A stretch of DNA of 21,739 nucleotides from Chlamydiia bacterium (GCA_049314435.1 JBMOFD010000029.1:1-21739), one strand, 5' to 3'; positions 8,824 to 17,538 are shown, counted from the first letter of the stretch. Numbers and translations: made by a program. The notes: generated by a model not told the origin, from the sequence alone.

Positions 8824-9882
8824 ATGCCTACAACTGAAGAACCGGTTACGACTGCTGCTCCTGCCACTGCCGGGCGAGTGGATGTCACTCAGAAGCGATT
8901 GATCAACTGCAACCAGGTTGATGTGAACCAGCTCATGCCCCTCAAATATACGTGGGCATGGGAGCACTACCTCAACAGCTGTGCGAACCACTGGATGCCG
9001 ACCGAAGTGCCGATGGCCAAAGACATCGATCTTTGGAAGTCGAACCGCCTGACAGCGGATGAACGACTCCTGATCATGCGCAACCTCGGGTTCTTCAGCA
9101 CGGCGGAGAGCTTGGTGGGGAACAACATCGTCCTTGCGATCTTCCGTCATGTGACGAACCCTGAGGCTAGACAGTATCTCCTCAGACAAGCGTTTGAAGA
9201 GGCGATCCATACTCATACCTTCCACTACATTGTGGAGTCCTTGGCTCTCAATGAGGGCGAGGTGTTCAACATGTACAATGAGATCCCTTCGATCTCAAAC
9301 AAGGACCGTTTCGAAATGGATCTGACCGCAGAGGTCCTCGATCCACACTTCTCGACGGAGACCTTTGAAGGGGCTCAGAAGTTTTTGGAGAACCTGATTG
9401 GGTACTACATCATCATGGAAGGACTGTTCTTCTACAGCGGCTTTGCGATGATCCTGTCGCTGCACCGTCAGAACAAGATGACGGGGATCGGCGAGCAGTT
9501 CCAATACATCCTGCGTGATGAGACGAACCATCTGAACTTCGGGATCGACCTCATCAACGGCATTAAAGAAGAGAACCCGAATCTCTGGTCAGAGGCCTTC
9601 CAGCAGCGAGTTTACGAGCTGGTGGATGAGGCTGTGAAGCTAGAGATCGAATACGCACTGGACTGCCTACCTAGAGGCGTTCTTGGCTTGAATTCTCAGA
9701 TGTTCCAGGACTATGTTCGACATATTGCCGATCGGCGCCTGGAGCGGATAGGCCTCAAAGCCGTCTACAAGACAAAGAACCCATTCCCTTGGATGGCTGA
9801 GACGATCGACCTGCAAAAAGAGAAGAATTTCTTTGAAACCAGAGTCACCGAATACCAGAGCTCGGGGAACTTGACCTGGTAA
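8824..9882 (+). CDS. nrdB: Ribonucleotide reductase beta subunit, class Ic (Mn/Fe, R2c) type
   Basis: Ferritin-like R2 motifs [32 protein letters not shown] and [10 protein letters not shown]. Glu in place of the class Ia Asp ligand and Phe in place of the radical Tyr, as in Chlamydia R2c. GAGGAA RBS before ATG 8824. Confidence 0.95.
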   Translation: MPTTEEPVTTAAPATAGRVDVTQKRLINCNQVDVNQLMPLKYTWAWEHYLNSCANHWMPTEVPMAKDIDLWKSNRLTADERLLIMRNLGFFSTAESLVGNNIVLAIFRHVTNPEARQYLLRQAFEEAIHTHTFHYIVESLALNEGEVFNMYNEIPSISNKDRFEMDLTAEVLDPHFSTETFEGAQKFLENLIGYYIIMEGLFFYSGFAMILSLHRQNKMTGIGEQFQYILRDETNHLNFGIDLINGIKEENPNLWSEAFQQRVYELVDEAVKLEIEYALDCLPRGVLGLNSQMFQDYVRHIADRRLERIGLKAVYKTKNPFPWMAETIDLQKEKNFFETRVTEYQSSGNLTW

Positions 9883-9904
9883 TCCAAGGTCCTTTTGATC
9901 AATG

Positions 9905-9935
9905 CGTGAGCACCTCTCGAGGTGCTCACGTTTTT
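9905..9935 (+). terminator. Rho-independent terminator of nrdAB
   Basis: CGTGAGCACCTC-TC-GAGGTGCTCACG perfect inverted repeat followed by TTTTT, 22 bp after the nrdB stop. Confidence 0.9.
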
Positions 9936-9977
9936 CTACTTCTCGTGCGACGAATCTGTCGCCTCGATCACTTAGAT

Positions 9978-10706
9978 CTAAAAAACCTGATTGATTGTCA
10001 TCGATCCAGTCGATGTGGTGGAGGTTGTGGTGTCGGATACCAGAGAGAGGGTATCGCCAGCTGCCATCTGACGAATAGTTGTGTACGTGATCCCACCAGA
10101 CACCTGAGCCAGATTCGTATTGGAATTCAGCACAAGCGTGACGTTTGCGGATGCGCTAGCTGGAACACAGTAGACGATCTGGTAGTGGCCCGCCTTGATC
10201 ACAGTGAACACACCGTTGCTGTATTGGACGCCCGTCTCGCCGTCCATAGACCATAGGATGGGGCTATTCGCCGTAAGCACTGAGTCATTGGCTACAGAGG
10301 CAAAGGCAAATTGACCAAATGCGGCTCCGGCAGGCCCTACTGGACCTGTTGGACCTACTAGCCCCCTAGTGCCTGGGCCACCCATCGCACCTGTCATGCC
10401 GGTGGCTCCTGTTTTGCCAGGTGCTCCCATAGGCCCGGGTTCACCTGTAGCTCCCGTCGGTCCCATAGGCCCAGGTGCACCTGTAGCGCCCGTTGCTCCG
10501 GATTCCCCCGCTGCACCTTGAAACCAGCTGGTAAGGCCATGCGAAGCGGACTGTCGCGTAGAATCTCTCTGCGTATCAGGAGAAACGGCATTCAGCCCTG
10601 CCCAGGCCATAGGAGTGGCTAAGGAGCAAAGGGTCAGATGGAGATAGGGAGAGATGCAGAAGCGACCTAACTTCTGTAAGCGAGTTCGTGGAGATGTGTT
10701 GGCCAT
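9978..10706 (-). CDS. Collagen-like exported/surface protein with C-terminal BclA/C1q-like beta domain
   Basis: Basic then hydrophobic N-terminus ending in AWA (signal-peptide-like), 22 uninterrupted Gly-X-Y triplets, then [15 protein letters not shown]...[10 protein letters not shown] resembling BclA/C1q C-terminal domains. GAGGAA RBS. Confidence 0.85.
   Translation of the reverse strand: MANTSPRTRLQKLGRFCISPYLHLTLCSLATPMAWAGLNAVSPDTQRDSTRQSASHGLTSWFQGAAGESGATGATGAPGPMGPTGATGEPGPMGAPGKTGATGMTGAMGGPGTRGLVGPTGPVGPAGAAFGQFAFASVANDSVLTANSPILWSMDGETGVQYSNGVFTVIKAGHYQIVYCVPASASANVTLVLNSNTNLAQVSGGITYTTIRQMAAGDTLSLVSDTTTSTTSTGSMTINQVF
10320..10517 (-). repeat. Collagen (Gly-X-Y)22 coding repeat, including a 36-bp-period direct repeat
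   Basis: 198 bp = 22 triplets, GAA GES GAT...GPA GAA. 10425-10456 and 10461-10492 match at 29 of 32 positions. Confidence 0.9.
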
Positions 10707-11122
10707 TGTTTCCTCAGGATGTCCCCGTAGATGAGATCTCGATGTGGGGGATTGAATTGGCCCCCCTCAGAGGTTCTTTTGGCGCAATAGGGACGGTGAT
10801 GCGCATATTAAGGAGGGTCTACGACCGATTTCATTTGTGTCCAGGCTAATTGATGTTCCTCAATGAAACTTGAGGTGTGGGTAATAAAATTATTCCAAAT
10901 CAATCCTCGCCAATTAATGCAAAAATTATTTTTAGTTTGAAGCGAGATGCTCGAATAGACGCTTGTTGGAGCATGGTCCGACCCCTTGGGAGATGAGGTC
11001 CCGGCCAATTGAGTAGACCTGCTCAGTAGTTCTGTTGAAGCAGACCCTTTTGGTGCCGCTTGAGCAGGCTGAAATTATAATTAATCTATGACTAATCATG
11101 GCGTCAGGGTTTTAGAGTTTAT

Positions 11123-11537
11123 AAATGGACGCGCGGGAACACCCATTCCCTTCAGGGAATTGGGATGATAGCGCGCCAAAGAAGAGGAACTTTTTTTGCC
11201 AAAATGGACTCAAGAGTAGCCTGTGAGGCAATCACGTACTCGAGAAGGTGGCGCTATCGCCATGAGAATGGACTTGTCCATGTTGTAAGATGGTCCATGA
11301 TCGAGATCTGAATGCAGCAATCAGAATTCTAAAGGAGGGCGTAAGATTGGCACAGCTCACTCTCACGCTCAAACTTGCGATCTACCCGAGGACGTCGGGG
11401 AAGTTTAGGTCTGTGGAGGAAGCTCTGGCGGGCTCATCTTGCGCAAGCAAGGCTGGGTAGTCATCTTCCGTTGAATCAGAAAGGCCCACTCGCGAGAGTG
11501 GGAATCTCATCGGCTTTACCCGATCGAGAGAAGTCAA
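11123..11537 (+). mobile_element. Non-autonomous, internally deleted IS200/IS605-family element (TnpB-derived, MITE-like)
   Basis: TTTAT (11118-11122) precedes a left-end hairpin (CCCATTCCC-TTCA-GGGAATTGGG within a GCGCG...CGCGC clamp). A TnpB C-terminal remnant follows. The right end GAATCTCATCGGCTTTACCCGATCGAGAGAAGTCAA is a subterminal hairpin ending in TCAA. No tnpA. The left boundary is inferred. Confidence 0.8.
11227..11460 (+). pseudogene. tnpB: tnpB 3' fragment (zinc ribbon and RuvC-III)
   Basis: Translates [37 protein letters not shown]...[25 protein letters not shown]. EWTCPxC...HDRDxNAA is the TnpB signature. In-frame TGA at 11263 and the N-terminal bulk of the gene is missing. Confidence 0.88.
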
Positions 11538-11553
11538 GTGTACGGCATCCGCC
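11383..11553 (+). ncRNA. Putative TnpB omega-RNA (reRNA): scaffold to 11537 plus ~16-nt guide from the flank
   Basis: Hairpins CCCGA..TCGGG, CTTGC..GCAAG, CCCACTC..GAGTGGG and ATCGG..CCGAT; sequence blocks GGAAGTTTAGGTCTGTGGAG and GTTGAATCAGAA resemble IS605 right-end scaffolds. The 5' boundary and expression are inferred. Confidence 0.6.
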
Positions 11554-11770
11554 CGGTCCCAACCGTGATGTGGTATTCTTCAGTGGAACCTAAGACCAAG
11601 GTATCGGACCTTGTTGGATCTCTAATGGACAACATCCAAGAGGGACGGGCTGTGGCAGAGAAGGGCGGTGGCCAAACTGCTGACGCTGTCTTGGGTACCA
11701 TGGACGTGTCCAGGCTCGTGAGTAGGACGTTCCAAGACCTGGGACTGATCCGGACAAGTGGCGTGGTCAT
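11534..11770 (-). CDS. Hypothetical 78-aa protein
   Basis: ATG preceded by AGGAGG (about 12 nt spacing) and divergent from pssA. Its stop is supplied by the IS end (TGA) and would be TAA at the same codon in the reconstructed empty site. No recognisable domain. Confidence 0.45.
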   Translation of the reverse strand: MTTPLVRISPRSWNVLLTSLDTSMVPKTASAVWPPPFSATARPSWMLSIRDPTRSDTLVLGSTEEYHITVGTGRMPYT

Positions 11771-11945
11771 AGGGAGTCTATCCTCCTGCTTCAGGGAAGG
11801 CTTCCCACGATCTTTGATGCACCATAGGCAGACCTATCCGAACAGAATTTTGGATGGATCCAAAATGGAGCTTATTGGAATCTCCTACTGGAGGTATGCG
11901 GCTCCCTTCCTTCGTTGAGTGATGGACCTCTGCCGCATCCGTTTG

Positions 11946-12791
11946 ATGAAGAATCCTCGTAATCTCGTTCCCAATGCCATCACCACATTTGGCCTGACCT
12001 GCGGCCTCTTTGCTCTCTTTGTCCTGGTGATGCCAGGAGATTGGGGCGTCTCACCCTTGCCGCTCTGTCTGGGATTAGTTCTGCTAGCTGCGTTCGCCGA
12101 CCTGCTCGACGGTATGGTGGCCAGAGCCATCCATGCCGAGACAGAATTTGGCTCCCTCTTTGACTCCCTGAGCGATGCGATCACCTTTGGTGTGACACCA
12201 GCGACTGTCATCTTGGCCAGCCTTCAGCCGGAGCGTGGTAGCTGGATGGCTTGGATGGCTGGCCTCGGTGCATTGCTCTTTGCCGTCTGTGGGGTCCTAC
12301 GCTTGGTGCGGTTCAGTATCCAGCATGCACGGGCTCGGACCGAAGTAGAAATTCAACAGGGAATGAAACACTTCACTGGTCTGCCCATCCCGGCGGCGGC
12401 CTTAGCTCTTCTTAGTTTGGAGTATTTTTGGCAGTCCTCCTGGTTAGAGACCGCTCTTCCATCCGTGACGGGGGCGCCCTCCGTGCATGTTGGACTTCTG
12501 GCAGGAGCCTGCTTTGTCTTGGCTTATCTGATGGTGAGCCGCATCAAGTTTCCAAGCATAAAGTTGCTCCACTTCAAGGTCCGTAGCTTCACGCTGGCAG
12601 TCGGGAGTGCAGTCGCCTCCATGGCTCTACTCTTTGGGCTCCTTCACTCCTTGGAATGGCTGGCTGTCTTTCTCACTTGGGGGTATGTTCTCCTCGGCTG
12701 TGTTTTGGCGCTGCTCCGCTGGTGGGCGGGGCCGCAGTCGCCCGCCCTACAAGAGTTCGAGCCCGAAGAGGAAGAGGAGCTCGACAACTAA
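11946..12791 (+). CDS. pssA: CDP-diacylglycerol--serine O-phosphatidyltransferase (CDP-alcohol phosphatidyltransferase family)
   Basis: PNAIT, DLLDGMVAR...FGSLFDSLSDAITFGVTPA (CDP-alcohol motif), LRLVRF and FTGLPIPAA. Alternative upstream starts at 11919/11922. Confidence 0.93.
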   Translation: MKNPRNLVPNAITTFGLTCGLFALFVLVMPGDWGVSPLPLCLGLVLLAAFADLLDGMVARAIHAETEFGSLFDSLSDAITFGVTPATVILASLQPERGSWMAWMAGLGALLFAVCGVLRLVRFSIQHARARTEVEIQQGMKHFTGLPIPAAALALLSLEYFWQSSWLETALPSVTGAPSVHVGLLAGACFVLAYLMVSRIKFPSIKLLHFKVRSFTLAVGSAVASMALLFGLLHSLEWLAVFLTWGYVLLGCVLALLRWWAGPQSPALQEFEPEEEEELDN

Positions 12792-12832
12792 GCCAATTGT
12801 TCATAAACTCTTCCCTTTTCCTCAGAGGGAGT

Positions 12833-13270
12833 ATGGCGAATATCCCGCCACCGTTTCGGCTCTATGTGGATCGGCTCCAAAGTTCTGGGCATGCCGGTTC
12901 TCGCGAAGAGCTGATCTCGGAAAGTGTGCCGCCAGACTTTCTTGATGTGCATGAGAAGGAGCTACAGTTTCCTTCGCCAGTAAGCTTTTCTGGAAAAGCT
13001 TACATGGCAGGTGACCAGGTCATCCTGAAGTTAGCGATTGAGACGGAGGCTATCGTGCCTTGTCCAGTCTGCAATGAAGGGACGACGGTGGTCGTGAAGC
13101 TGGGCAATGTTCTTGTGACTATGGATAGCAAAAGCGTGGAAGGTGGGATCCTGGACCTCCGGGATGTCCTGCGAGAAGAGATTCTTCTAGCGACACCTCA
13201 ATGGGCTGAGTGTCGGCCTGAAGGGTGTCCCGAACGCGCGACGTTAGACCGGCTGAGGAAGCCATCTTAG
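12833..13270 (+). CDS. yceD: DUF177/YceD family protein
   Basis: CPVCNE and LDLRDVLREEILLATP...C...C motifs; canonical position before rpmF; GAGGGAG RBS before ATG 12833. Confidence 0.85.
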   Translation: MANIPPPFRLYVDRLQSSGHAGSREELISESVPPDFLDVHEKELQFPSPVSFSGKAYMAGDQVILKLAIETEAIVPCPVCNEGTTVVVKLGNVLVTMDSKSVEGGILDLRDVLREEILLATPQWAECRPEGCPERATLDRLRKPS

Positions 13271-13295
13271 ATCGAAATTATTTGGAGTCAGAACC

Positions 13296-13469
13296 ATGGC
13301 CGTACCACGTAACCGTACATCCAATGCACGGAAGAATAGCCGCCGTTCGCATCATGCCAAAAAACCTCGTGCTTGTGCGGGATGCCCCAACTGTGGGAAG
13401 CCCAAGCTGCCCCACGTGCGTTGCCCATTCTGCGCCATCTACAATGGCCGCATGACACTCAGTGTCTAA
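13296..13469 (+). CDS. rpmF: 50S ribosomal protein L32 (zinc-ribbon form)
   Basis: Below the ORF-track length cutoff. Manual translation MAVPRNRTSNARKNSRRSHHAKKPRACAGCPNCGKPKLPHVRCPFCAIYNGRMTLSV*, with GGAG RBS. Confidence 0.96.
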   Translation: MAVPRNRTSNARKNSRRSHHAKKPRACAGCPNCGKPKLPHVRCPFCAIYNGRMTLSV

Positions 13470-14319
13470 GTTGACGGCTTGCATCGGGATCGATCTGACG
13501 GGCGCCGACAGGAGCCCTGTAGATCTACTTCCGGCAATTCGGCAAATTTTGCGAGAAAGGCCGAATGTGCGGTTGCGCATATTCTGGCCTCGAGATTTGG
13601 AGTTTCCCCCAGATCTCGCAGAGATCATTCAGCTAGGTGAGGTCATCCGTCAGGAAGAAGCTCCCACAGCTGCTGTTCGTTCCCACCCCGATAGTTCCAT
13701 GACGATAGCCCTTAAGGCCATGCACGAGGGGGAACTCTCTGCATTTGTGACCTGTGGGCATACGGGAGCTCTGATCCTCTCTTCGGTGATTCATGCGACG
13801 GCAGAACGGCCACGTTCTGTGGCCTTAGCCGCGCGACTTCCGACTTTTCATGCCGGACAGTCCTATGTGCTCTGCGACTGTGGCGCCCTTGTTGAATACT
13901 CAGCTGACCATCTTGTCCAATTAGCCAGGTTAGCGATTCCCTTTGCGCAGAGAGTATTGGGTCGAGCCACAGTTCGAGTGGGCCTCCTGAACATCGGCAC
14001 CGAAGCGCACAAGGGTGGGGGAGAGTTGCGGGAAGCCTACAACCTCCTCCGTAAGGAAGAGGGCATCGCCTTCCTTGGGAATGTCGAACCCGCCCATATC
14101 TTTTCCGGCGTGGCTGACCTCGTGTTAACAGGGGGATTCGTGGGCAATGTATTCCTCAAGACCATCGAAGCCCTCTGGGCAGACGACGCCATCCAGGGTG
14201 GCGCGGCGCAGCTTCTAGGTGTGGAGGAGGCGATCTTTAAGATCCGTGGAGACAGCTCTTCCGAGGGCCTCTACCATGGGTTGCAAGAGGTCTTTCATCT
14301 CTTAGGCATGCCTCGATAG
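13462..14319 (+). CDS. plsX: Phosphate acyltransferase PlsX (short, divergent)
   Basis: IGIDLTGAD, SSM, GHTGAL, LCDCGA, VGLLNIGTEAHKG, FLGNVEP and GFVGNVFLKTIE; follows yceD-rpmF; the GTG start overlaps the rpmF end. Confidence 0.9.
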   Translation: MSKLTACIGIDLTGADRSPVDLLPAIRQILRERPNVRLRIFWPRDLEFPPDLAEIIQLGEVIRQEEAPTAAVRSHPDSSMTIALKAMHEGELSAFVTCGHTGALILSSVIHATAERPRSVALAARLPTFHAGQSYVLCDCGALVEYSADHLVQLARLAIPFAQRVLGRATVRVGLLNIGTEAHKGGGELREAYNLLRKEEGIAFLGNVEPAHIFSGVADLVLTGGFVGNVFLKTIEALWADDAIQGGAAQLLGVEEAIFKIRGDSSSEGLYHGLQEVFHLLGMPR

Positions 14320-15615
14320 GCACTCGATCACAGCTGCAGCGGCTTGTGAGCTCGGGGATGTCTCTGTTTTTAGAAGTTCTCGAATCCGATCACAGCCTTC
14401 CAGTGAAGCCGTCCGCATCGCACCGTCATCAACCAGGGGCAAGAGCGCCTGGATCACAAGCTCAGTACGGAAGTCTCTAGCCAGCAACTCCGGGAAGGGC
14501 GCTACGCGTAGCCACTGCGAGGAGAAGGAGCCGGCTGTGTCCTGGATCACAGGTTGGTTCTTCGTAGAGGGTATCCGACCTTGACGCAGGTCATCGGCAT
14601 ATTGCCCGAGGATGTTGGCGATCGAGTAGAAGGGCAAGTTCACCTTCAACAGATAGTGAATGATGAGGGCATTGATCCAAGAAACGGCGTAAACCACCAC
14701 GGTGGGGACGCGCAGAAGGGCGAGCTCAAGGGTGATCGTGCCACTCTTCGCGATGGCAGCGCGGCAGTGGCGCATGAGGGACAGTGTCGAGGACTGGTCC
14801 ACCAAAAAGAGAGTCTGACCCAGTTGGAGAGGGTCTTCTGGAGAACGGATGAGCGTCGAGATCAGCTCGTCCATGCCCTCCTGAGAGCAGCTCAGAGCAA
14901 AGCGGAGATGCGGTCGGGCCAAGAGCAAGAGCCGTGCGCTGTCCAGCATGCGGGGTAGGTGCGCGTGGACGTCCTGGCGGCGACTTCCCGGAAAGAGACC
15001 GATGAGGGGATGTCCCTTCGGAAGAGATTCCAACACCTGCGCGGTGAGTTCTGGGCTATCAGAGGGTCCCGCTTCCGTCTGGTCGACCCTATCCAGTAGC
15101 GGGCAGCCTACATAGCGCACATCTAGCGAAGTGTGTTGATAGTAGTGAGGTTCGAAGGGGAAGAGACAGAGCACCATGTCGAGGTCTCTCGCCATCGCTT
15201 CCACACGCTTGGCCCCATGAGCCCACACCGATGGGCTTACATAGAGCATGATCTTGCCCTGGTATCCATGTTGACGGAGCTTGCGAGCGAGGCGGAGGGT
15301 GAATCCGGGGCTATCGATCAGGATCACTCCCTCGGGTCGCCGCTGCAAGATCTCCTTCTCCATCCGATCCATCGCCCTAAGGACAGTCGGAAGACGACGC
15401 AGTACCGCTGTGAAGCCCATCACTGCGATCTCTTCCATCGGTAGGATGACTTCAACACCCCGCTCAGCTAGCCGAGGGCCCACAAGACCAAAAACTCGAC
15501 AGTGAGGGAGAGAACCACGAAGGGCATCGAGGAGCTCGGCGCCCAAACGGTCCCCACTCGGTTCGCCGACCACAAAGCAGAGCTGCCCATGTGGGTCTAT
15601 GTGCGACAGATCCAT
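14302..15615 (-). CDS. lpxB: Lipid-A-disaccharide synthase
   Basis: GEPSGDRLGA, AVMGF, IDSPGFTLR, YVSPSVWA, FPFE, LFPGSR, KSGTITLELAL and PELL motifs; 3' end overlaps plsX by 18 bp. Confidence 0.95.
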   Translation of the reverse strand: MDLSHIDPHGQLCFVVGEPSGDRLGAELLDALRGSLPHCRVFGLVGPRLAERGVEVILPMEEIAVMGFTAVLRRLPTVLRAMDRMEKEILQRRPEGVILIDSPGFTLRLARKLRQHGYQGKIMLYVSPSVWAHGAKRVEAMARDLDMVLCLFPFEPHYYQHTSLDVRYVGCPLLDRVDQTEAGPSDSPELTAQVLESLPKGHPLIGLFPGSRRQDVHAHLPRMLDSARLLLLARPHLRFALSCSQEGMDELISTLIRSPEDPLQLGQTLFLVDQSSTLSLMRHCRAAIAKSGTITLELALLRVPTVVVYAVSWINALIIHYLLKVNLPFYSIANILGQYADDLRQGRIPSTKNQPVIQDTAGSFSSQWLRVAPFPELLARDFRTELVIQALLPLVDDGAMRTASLEGCDRIRELLKTETSPSSQAAAAVIECLSRHA

Positions 15616-16352
15616 GAGACTCCCTGAGCAAACGATTCTTCGCTGGTGCCGTGGCCTTGGAGTCCAACGCTAGGTCTGAGGTTCAGTTCGGCGTGGCAGA
15701 TGCGATGCCCATGATGTGCCTGAGCTTCAGCCACGGCGGAGACCCACTCAAAGCTTGCCTCCGTTCCGACTCGATGGTCTCGATTGCCAATCCAGACCGC
15801 GACTTCCTTGTCAGCGAGAGAGGTTGCATGAGCTGTGAGGTCATACTGCATGGCCAGATCGGGATGCAGATCGGAGCACTCGCGTGCGGCAGCCAAGCGT
15901 ACCAGCGGAGCAAAGGCTACAAGACGGCGCACGTGGGGTGATTGAGCACAGACTAGGGCTGCCAGTAGCCCTCCACGCGATAGACCCATGAGGCTCACTG
16001 ACGAGAGGCTGCCCTCCTGCCAGAGAGCGTCGATGCAGCGTAAGGTCTGTTCGATGAAACGTGCTAAGGGATCCTCGCCCTGACGAAGCTGCTCCGCCCA
16101 GTGTGCCAAAGCTTGATGTGGATCAGCTTCCCGTTCATGCAATGGCAGATCAAGAGAGAAGACTCTCTGGCCGCGAAGGGCAAGGGATTGTGCGGGGGCG
16201 GCTAGGGGCAGATCCTCCAAAGAGGCTCGGGCTCCTAAAGCAAGGTAGAAGACAGCCGGTAGGGGCCCCTCCTCTGGAGGGGGCCCTACGTATCGAAGTT
16301 CGTCTTCCTGCCAGGAGGGCCAAAGAGCACTCTTACGAGGTTCAGCGGGCAT
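15597..16352 (-). CDS. Alpha/beta-hydrolase fold protein (putative esterase)
   Basis: GLSRGG nucleophile elbow, DLPLH, GNRDHRVG (Asp) and GHGT (His). ATG 16352 overlaps the pcnB stop region; alternative ATG at 16382. Confidence 0.8.
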   Translation of the reverse strand: MPAEPRKSALWPSWQEDELRYVGPPPEEGPLPAVFYLALGARASLEDLPLAAPAQSLALRGQRVFSLDLPLHEREADPHQALAHWAEQLRQGEDPLARFIEQTLRCIDALWQEGSLSSVSLMGLSRGGLLAALVCAQSPHVRRLVAFAPLVRLAAARECSDLHPDLAMQYDLTAHATSLADKEVAVWIGNRDHRVGTEASFEWVSAVAEAQAHHGHRICHAELNLRPSVGLQGHGTSEESFAQGVSWICRT

Positions 16353-17538
16353 GGCCACGGCGTTCTCCCCGTAGCTGCTCATAGATGGGCAGCAGGGTGG
16401 GGTCGAGCACAGAGCGGATCCTTAGAACCTCTAACGCTAGCATCTTCTCTTCAGAGGGCATGCGGAGGCGAGGGATCCGGCCGGGCTCAAGCGGCGTGAA
16501 GCGGAACTGATGGAGCAGTGTTTGCGTGACCAGCCATCGTAAACGTTTGGGGAAGTGGGTGAAGCTCTCCAGCATCTCACTGACAAGATGGTTGGCCAGG
16601 CTAAGCAGTTCTCCGAGATGGGGAACCGCTCCATCCGCTTTCCAATGCGCCTCAACGAGGCCTCGCATGAGAGGCCAGAAGAGAGCTGCCACCAGGGCAG
16701 CACGGGGCAGAGGTGTGCGCGAGCCTTGCTGAAGCAGATCCACTGCCTGGAGAATGAGCATCATCTCGTGCCCTTCATACTCCGCGCAGAGCGCGCGTGA
16801 CAGACCGGGAAGAAGCTGCTGCAGGAGGTTCGTGTCCACCATCAGCTGGAAGAAGGGAGCGGCAGCGCCCGACTCAAGCATGCGAAGAAGCTCTTCCAGA
16901 ACACGTGCGGGAGAGCTCTTGCGAATCTCAGGGCTGCACTGCCAAAGAGCACGTTCGGTGGCCGGTTCGATCTCCAGATCAAATCGAGCTCGGAACTTAA
17001 GAAGACGGATCATCCGTACTGGATCCTGACGGAATCTGACCTCAGGCACGCCAATGGTCATCAACCGGCGTCGCTCGATGTCAGCGAATCCGCCTACATA
17101 GTCGATTACCGCATGGTCGCGGGGATCGTAGTAGAGACCGTTGATCGTGAAGTCTCTCCTGAGCACGTCCTGCTCGGGAGTGCCCCACTCATTGTCATGA
17201 GTGATCAGAGCATCGGTCTCCGGATCGCCTGCACGGAAGGTCGAGACCTCAATCACCTTACGTCCGAAACGGACGTGGGCCAGGCGAAAGCGTCGGCCGA
17301 TCAGAAGGCAGTTCCTAAAGAGGCGCCTAATCTCCTCGGGACGTGCCGAGGTCGAGATGTCAAAATCTTTTGGGCGACGGTGGAAGAGAAGGTCGCGTAC
17401 ACCGCCTCCGACGAGGTAGGCAACGAAGCCGGCTTCCGTGAGGCGTTGGATGACATAGAGCGCATCTGCATCTATGGCCGTAGGATCGATGAGGTGATGA
17501 TCAGCAGAATAAATGGTGGGCTGGATGGACATCGACAT
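16342..17538 (-). CDS. pcnB: Poly(A) polymerase I
   Basis: YLVGGGVRDLL...KDFD, the PAP-specific LIGRRFRLAHV signature, RRDFTINGL and DPVRMIR. Start could be 17532 or 17565. Confidence 0.93.
   Translation of the reverse strand: MSMSIQPTIYSADHHLIDPTAIDADALYVIQRLTEAGFVAYLVGGGVRDLLFHRRPKDFDISTSARPEEIRRLFRNCLLIGRRFRLAHVRFGRKVIEVSTFRAGDPETDALITHDNEWGTPEQDVLRRDFTINGLYYDPRDHAVIDYVGGFADIERRRLMTIGVPEVRFRQDPVRMIRLLKFRARFDLEIEPATERALWQCSPEIRKSSPARVLEELLRMLESGAAAPFFQLMVDTNLLQQLLPGLSRALCAEYEGHEMMLILQAVDLLQQGSRTPLPRAALVAALFWPLMRGLVEAHWKADGAVPHLGELLSLANHLVSEMLESFTHFPKRLRWLVTQTLLHQFRFTPLEPGRIPRLRMPSEEKMLALEVLRIRSVLDPTLLPIYEQLRGERRGHAR

Noticed and set aside
10320..10517. CRISPR-like or non-coding tandem repeat
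   Set aside because: The periodicity is explained by Gly-X-Y codons; there are no identical repeats with unique spacers, and no cas genes.
10808..11099. Small ORFs and an 8-bp inverted repeat (CCTGCTCA/TGAGCAGG) in the AT-rich gap
   Set aside because: No motif or RBS support; the inverted repeat is short with a long loop and could be chance.
11375..11918. Plus-strand ORFs 11375-11593 and 11538-11918
   Set aside because: The first runs through the IS right-end RNA structure. The second has no RBS and overlaps the better-supported minus-strand ORF.
12656..12832. N-terminal extension of the yceD ORF given in the track (204 aa)
   Set aside because: It overlaps pssA; the RBS-supported ATG at 12833 gives a typical DUF177 length.
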